NCBI GenBank assembly: GCA_963714015.1
Contig: OY970223.1
Coordinates: 2,560,001-2,624,000 of the forward strand
Length of the DNA stretch: 64,000 bases
Reading direction: 5' to 3'
From: Vulcanimicrobiota bacterium
Lineage (GTDB): Bacteria > Vulcanimicrobiota > Vulcanimicrobiia > Vulcanimicrobiales > Vulcanimicrobiaceae
Below, in pieces: positions 60,052 to 64,000 of this stretch. Numbering within the stretch: position 1 is the first letter of the stretch; every line of letters begins with the position of its first letter. The position numbers and the translations under genes are program-made. Below the pieces are notes generated by a model. The model was not told the DNA's origin. It saw nothing but the letters and a program-made list of their open reading frames with translations, and searched no databases.

Positions 60052-61380
60052 TCATCGCCGGCCCATCATCGGGATGCGCGGACGCTTCTTACCGCCGAAG
60101 CCCATCTGCTTCATCATCTTGCGCGCCTCTTCGAAGCGCTTGACCAAGCGATTGACGTCGGAAACCTGCGTGCCGCTGCCGCGGGCAATGCGCTTGCGGC
60201 GCGATCCGTTCAGTACGTCCGGATTCTGCCGTTCGCGGCGTGTCATCGAGCAGATAATTGCCTCGATGCGCTTGAGATCCGCTTCCGGAATCTCGAAGTC
60301 TTTCGGAAGCGCGCGCGACACGCCCGGAATCATCTTCAAGATGTCGGTCATCGAACCCATCTTCCGAATCTGACGCATTTGGTCCAGAAAATCGTCGAGC
60401 GTGAAGCTCTGCTTGAGCAGTTTTTTCTCGAGCTCTTTTGCCTCGTCGGCGCTGTACAGATTCTGCGTGCGCTCGATGAGCGTGAGCACGTCGCCCATTC
60501 CCAGTATTCGCGATGCCAAGCGATCGGGATAGAAGGGCTCGAGCGCAGAGAGCTTCTCGCCGACGCCGATGAACTTGATCGGCGCGCCCGTGACTTTATG
60601 AATCGACAAGGCGGCACCGCCGCGAGTGTCGCCGTCGAGTTTGGTGAGAACGACTCCGGTGATACCCAGCCGGTCGTGGAAGCCCTTGGCGACGTTCGTC
60701 GCCTCTTGCCCCGTCATTGCGTCCGCAACGAGGAGAATTTCCTTGGGGTTGACGGCCTCTTTGATGCGCTCGAGTTCGCGCATGAGATCGTCGTCGATCT
60801 GGAGCCGTCCTGCCGTGTCGATGATTACGGTGGACAGTCCAAGCCGGCGTGCTTCGGCGACGCCTTCGCGCGCGATCTTCACCGCATCGGTCTGGCCAAG
60901 GGAGAACACCGGCGCTTCGATCTGCTCGCCTAGCGTCTTCAACTGATCGATCGCCGCCGGACGATAAACGTCGGCCGCCACCAACAGCGACCGCCGGCCC
61001 TGTTCCTTCAGCCGCAAGGCGAGCTTTCCGGCCTGCGTCGTTTTTCCGGATCCTTGCAGTCCGACGAGCATAATGACGGACGGCGGCGCATCCGAGAATT
61101 GCAGCCGCGCTTGCGCGCCGCCGAGCAGCGCCACCAATTCGTCGTGAACGATCTTGACGATCGTCTGCGCCGGCGAAAGCGAAGCCATCACGTCGGCGCC
61201 GATGGCTTGTTCCTTGACGCGATTGACGAACTCTTTGGCGGCGGAGAGCGAGACGTCCGCTTCCAGTAAAGCGACGCGCACCTCGCGCATCACTTCATTG
61301 ACGTCGTTCTCGCTGAGCCGGCCGCGCCCGGTCAAACGCGAGAAGATCGCGTTCAGCCGGTCGGATAATTGATCGAACAC
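60052..61380 (-). CDS. ffh: Signal recognition particle protein
   Basis: GLQGSGKTT, DTAGR, TKLDGD, M domain. Confidence 0.98.
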   Translation of the reverse strand: MFDQLSDRLNAIFSRLTGRGRLSENDVNEVMREVRVALLEADVSLSAAKEFVNRVKEQAIGADVMASLSPAQTIVKIVHDELVALLGGAQARLQFSDAPPSVIMLVGLQGSGKTTQAGKLALRLKEQGRRSLLVAADVYRPAAIDQLKTLGEQIEAPVFSLGQTDAVKIAREGVAEARRLGLSTVIIDTAGRLQIDDDLMRELERIKEAVNPKEILLVADAMTGQEATNVAKGFHDRLGITGVVLTKLDGDTRGGAALSIHKVTGAPIKFIGVGEKLSALEPFYPDRLASRILGMGDVLTLIERTQNLYSADEAKELEKKLLKQSFTLDDFLDQMRQIRKMGSMTDILKMIPGVSRALPKDFEIPEADLKRIEAIICSMTRRERQNPDVLNGSRRKRIARGSGTQVSDVNRLVKRFEEARKMMKQMGFGGKKRPRIPMMGRR

Positions 61381-61389
61381 GGGCAGAGA

Positions 61390-61632
61390 CTATTCTTTAA
61401 CAGTAGCTTCCTCGACGCGCTTGACGGCGTCGCCGACGGTCTTGATCTTTTCGGCTTCTTCGTCCGGAATGTCGATATTGAACTCGGTCTCGAAAGCCAT
61501 GACCAGCTCGACCTGATCGAGCGAGTCCGCGCCAAGATCGTCGGTGATCGACGCTTCGGGCGTGACCTCCGACTCGTCAACGCCGAGTTGCTCGACGATG
61601 ATCTTCTTGACCTTATCAAACGTTGTGGCCAT
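61390..61632 (-). CDS. acpP: Acyl carrier protein
   Basis: DLGADSLD. Confidence 0.97.
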   Translation of the reverse strand: MATTFDKVKKIIVEQLGVDESEVTPEASITDDLGADSLDQVELVMAFETEFNIDIPDEEAEKIKTVGDAVKRVEEATVKE

Positions 61633-61640
61633 ACGTCTCC

Positions 61641-62387
61641 TTACATGACGACGCCGCCGTCGACTACGAGGGTTTGTCCCGTGATGTAGCCGGCAGCTTC
61701 AGAACAAAGAAAAGTGACTACTCCGCTAATGTCTTCCGGTTTTCCGGGGCGACCGAGGGCCGTCTGCTTCAATAAATAGTCGCGCATTTCGTCCGTCATC
61801 TTCTCGGTCATCGCCGTTTCGATGATGCCCGGCGCGACGGCGTTGACTCTTATGTTCCTCGAACCCAATTCCTTCGCTAGGGACTTGGCCAAGCCGAGCA
61901 GCCCTGCCTTGGACGCGGCATATGCCGCCTGACCGACGTTGCCCATCAGACCCGCGATGCTGGACATCAGCACGATGGACCCGCTGCGCTGTTTCATCAT
62001 CGGTCTTGCCGCTGCGCCGCAGAGATAGAATGCCGATTTCAAATTGACGGAAAGCATCTGCTCGAGCACCTCCGGTTTGAGGCGCAGCAGCAAGGCGTCG
62101 ACGGATTGACCGGCGTTCGCGATCGCGCTATCCAGACGCCCGAACTTCTCGACGGTCTTTGCCACGAATTCGTCTACCGCAGCGCGATCGGCCACGTCGC
62201 CCGTGAGCACCAGGGTCTTGGCTCCGGCGCGGGCGGAATTGCATGCCGCGACCGTTTCCTGCAATGCCGCATCATCGCGGCCTGCAAGCGCAACATCGGC
62301 GCCGTGTTTGGTCAAGTCGACGGCGATTGCGCGGCCGATACCGCGGCTGGCGCCGGTGACGAGCGCGACTTTGCCTTCCAGAATCAT
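61641..62387 (-). CDS. fabG: 3-oxoacyl-ACP reductase
   Basis: [13 protein letters not shown]; fab cluster context. Confidence 0.93.
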   Translation of the reverse strand: MILEGKVALVTGASRGIGRAIAVDLTKHGADVALAGRDDAALQETVAACNSARAGAKTLVLTGDVADRAAVDEFVAKTVEKFGRLDSAIANAGQSVDALLLRLKPEVLEQMLSVNLKSAFYLCGAAARPMMKQRSGSIVLMSSIAGLMGNVGQAAYAASKAGLLGLAKSLAKELGSRNIRVNAVAPGIIETAMTEKMTDEMRDYLLKQTALGRPGKPEDISGVVTFLCSEAAGYITGQTLVVDGGVVM

Positions 62388-63350
62388 GCGGAACCTCCGG
62401 AGATTCGCGCCTCGGGTTGCGCGAGCATCTCGCGAAGTTTTTGAACGCCGAGGTAGTCGCTGACGTTCAGCACGCTCGGCACGCCGGGCAGGCGTTTCAT
62501 CAACGGTGCGAGCACGGCCGATGCGCCGAACTCGACGATCGAATCCAAATCGTACGCGATGAGCGCTTGCGCCGTATCGTGCCAAAGCACTTCTTCAGTA
62601 ATGGATCGGACCAGATTGTGCTTGATCGTTTCAACGTCGCGGTACGGCTTAGCGTCGACGTTCGAAACGACGTCGAACTGCGGTACCGCAAACTGGGTCG
62701 CATTGACTTCTGCCGCAAAGCGATCGACGGCAGGCTGCATCAGACTCGCTGTGCCACGCGCCGGAAACGTTCAATGGAACGACGCGTTTTGCTCCGGACT
62801 CCAGCAGCGCGTCACCGGCGGCTTGCACGGCAGCAAGATCCCCGCTAATGACGATCTGCGAAGGCGAGTTGAAGTTTGCCAGTTGCACGCGTCCGCCCGT
62901 TCGCGCCTTGACGCCGTTCACGATCTCGCGAATTCGCTGCGCTTCCATACCGAGAACTGCGGACATTCCGCCGGGTGCCTGTTCGGCCGCGTACTGCATG
63001 GCCTTGCCGCGAGCGTCGACCAACTGCAACGCGCGGTCGAACGTCAGAGAATGCGCGATGGTCAAACTGCATAGTTCTCCAAACGAATGCCCTGCGCTGA
63101 CGACCGGCTGCAGCGCATCGCCGACGGCGTAGTAAAGCGCAAGATTTGCCGTGAAGATTGCCGGTTGACTAAACTGCGTCTCGCGCAGCTGCTCTTCCGG
63201 GCCCTGCTGCATGAGCGCCGGCAGATCGTAACCGAGAATCGCGCTCGCCCGTTCAAAGAGATCCCGGGCCTTTGGGGAGTTGCGGGCAAGGTCGGTGCCC
63301 ATGCCGACGACTTGCGAGCCTTGTCCGGGGAAGATGGCGCCGACCGGCAT
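62384..63350 (-). CDS. fabD: Malonyl-CoA:ACP transacylase; frameshift near 62745
   Basis: FPGQGSQ, GHSFGE, VSGAWHS, then MQPA.. in the second frame. Confidence 0.93.
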
Positions 63351-64000
63351 TATACGGCCCACCGCCAAGTAACGGCGCCCCACGAAAGGCCGCCGCCGAA
63401 GCCTACGAACACGATGACGTCGCCGTCTTTAATTTTGCCCGATTCGACTGCTTCGGAAAGTGCAATCGGAATGGACGCCGCAGACGTGTTGCCGTACTCC
63501 TGAATGTTCACGACGACCTTGTCTTCGGGCATCTTCAAGTATTTCGCAGCCGAGTCGATGATGCGCTTATTGGCCTGATGCGGAATCAGCCAATCCAGAT
63601 CTTTCTTTTTGAGTTTCGCTTTCTTGAGCGCGCGATCGGTTGCGTCGATCATTTTTGTGACGGCGAATTTGAAGACTTCGCGCCCTTCCATGTACATGTA
63701 TTGTTCGCCCTCCTCGTACGCCGCCGGCGTAAGCGGATTGCGCGATCCCCCGGCGGGAACGCGCAGCAATTCCGGACGGCTTCCGTCGGAACCGAGATCG
63801 CTGGAGAGGAACGAATCTTTTTTCGACGCTTCGAGAATCACCGCGCCGGCGCCGTCGCCGAAGAGCACCGCAGTTGCGCGGTCGTTGCGATTGACGATCT
63901 TCGTGAGCGTCTCGGCTCCGAGCAGCATGATGCGTTTGTAGACGCCCGACCGGATCAAACTCGAGGCTACGGTCAGTCCATAAATGAAGCCGCTGCAGGC
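63350..64000 (-). CDS. fabH: Beta-ketoacyl-ACP synthase III (5' end outside window)
   Basis: LFGDGAGA, PHQAN, YGNTSAAS, GFGGGLSWG. Confidence 0.96.
   Translation of the reverse strand, partial: ACSGFIYGLTVASSLIRSGVYKRIMLLGAETLTKIVNRNDRATAVLFGDGAGAVILEASKKDSFLSSDLGSDGSRPELLRVPAGGSRNPLTPAAYEEGEQYMYMEGREVFKFAVTKMIDATDRALKKAKLKKKDLDWLIPHQANKRIIDSAAKYLKMPEDKVVVNIQEYGNTSAASIPIALSEAVESGKIKDGDVIVFVGFGGGLSWGAVTWRWAV

Overview
Bacterial chromosomal window, GC-rich overall. The gene style (many Gly/Ser-rich lipoproteins with NHL-like repeats, expanded STAND-TPR regulators) resembles Ca. Eremiobacterota/Vulcanimicrobiota; this is an inference only. About 1-15.5 kb is an accessory island, visibly lower in GC. 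It holds the 3' part of a tyrosine-recombinase-fold gene and a candidate three-gene anti-phage operon: GHKL ATPase, SIR2-STAND-TPR-OB (SAMD9/Avs-like), and a 2-TM coiled-coil protein. A run of unrelated cargo genes follows, separated by 4-5 same-orientation copies of a ~39-bp element. About 16-42 kb holds two more STAND-TPR proteins, serine hydrolases, lipoproteins, a secretin, Fpg and a Tat-exported glycoside hydrolase. About 43-64 kb is mostly core: gdh, an infA with no ATG/GTG/TTG start (apparent ATC start), msrA, a Rieske oxygenase, an MFS-acyltransferase fusion, an M3 peptidase, and fabH-fabD-fabG-acpP-ffh-rpsP-KH-rimM. Roughly 15 single-base frameshifts, one in fabD, point to uncorrected sequencing indels, so split genes are treated as probably intact. 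No rRNA, tRNA or CRISPR array was recognised.
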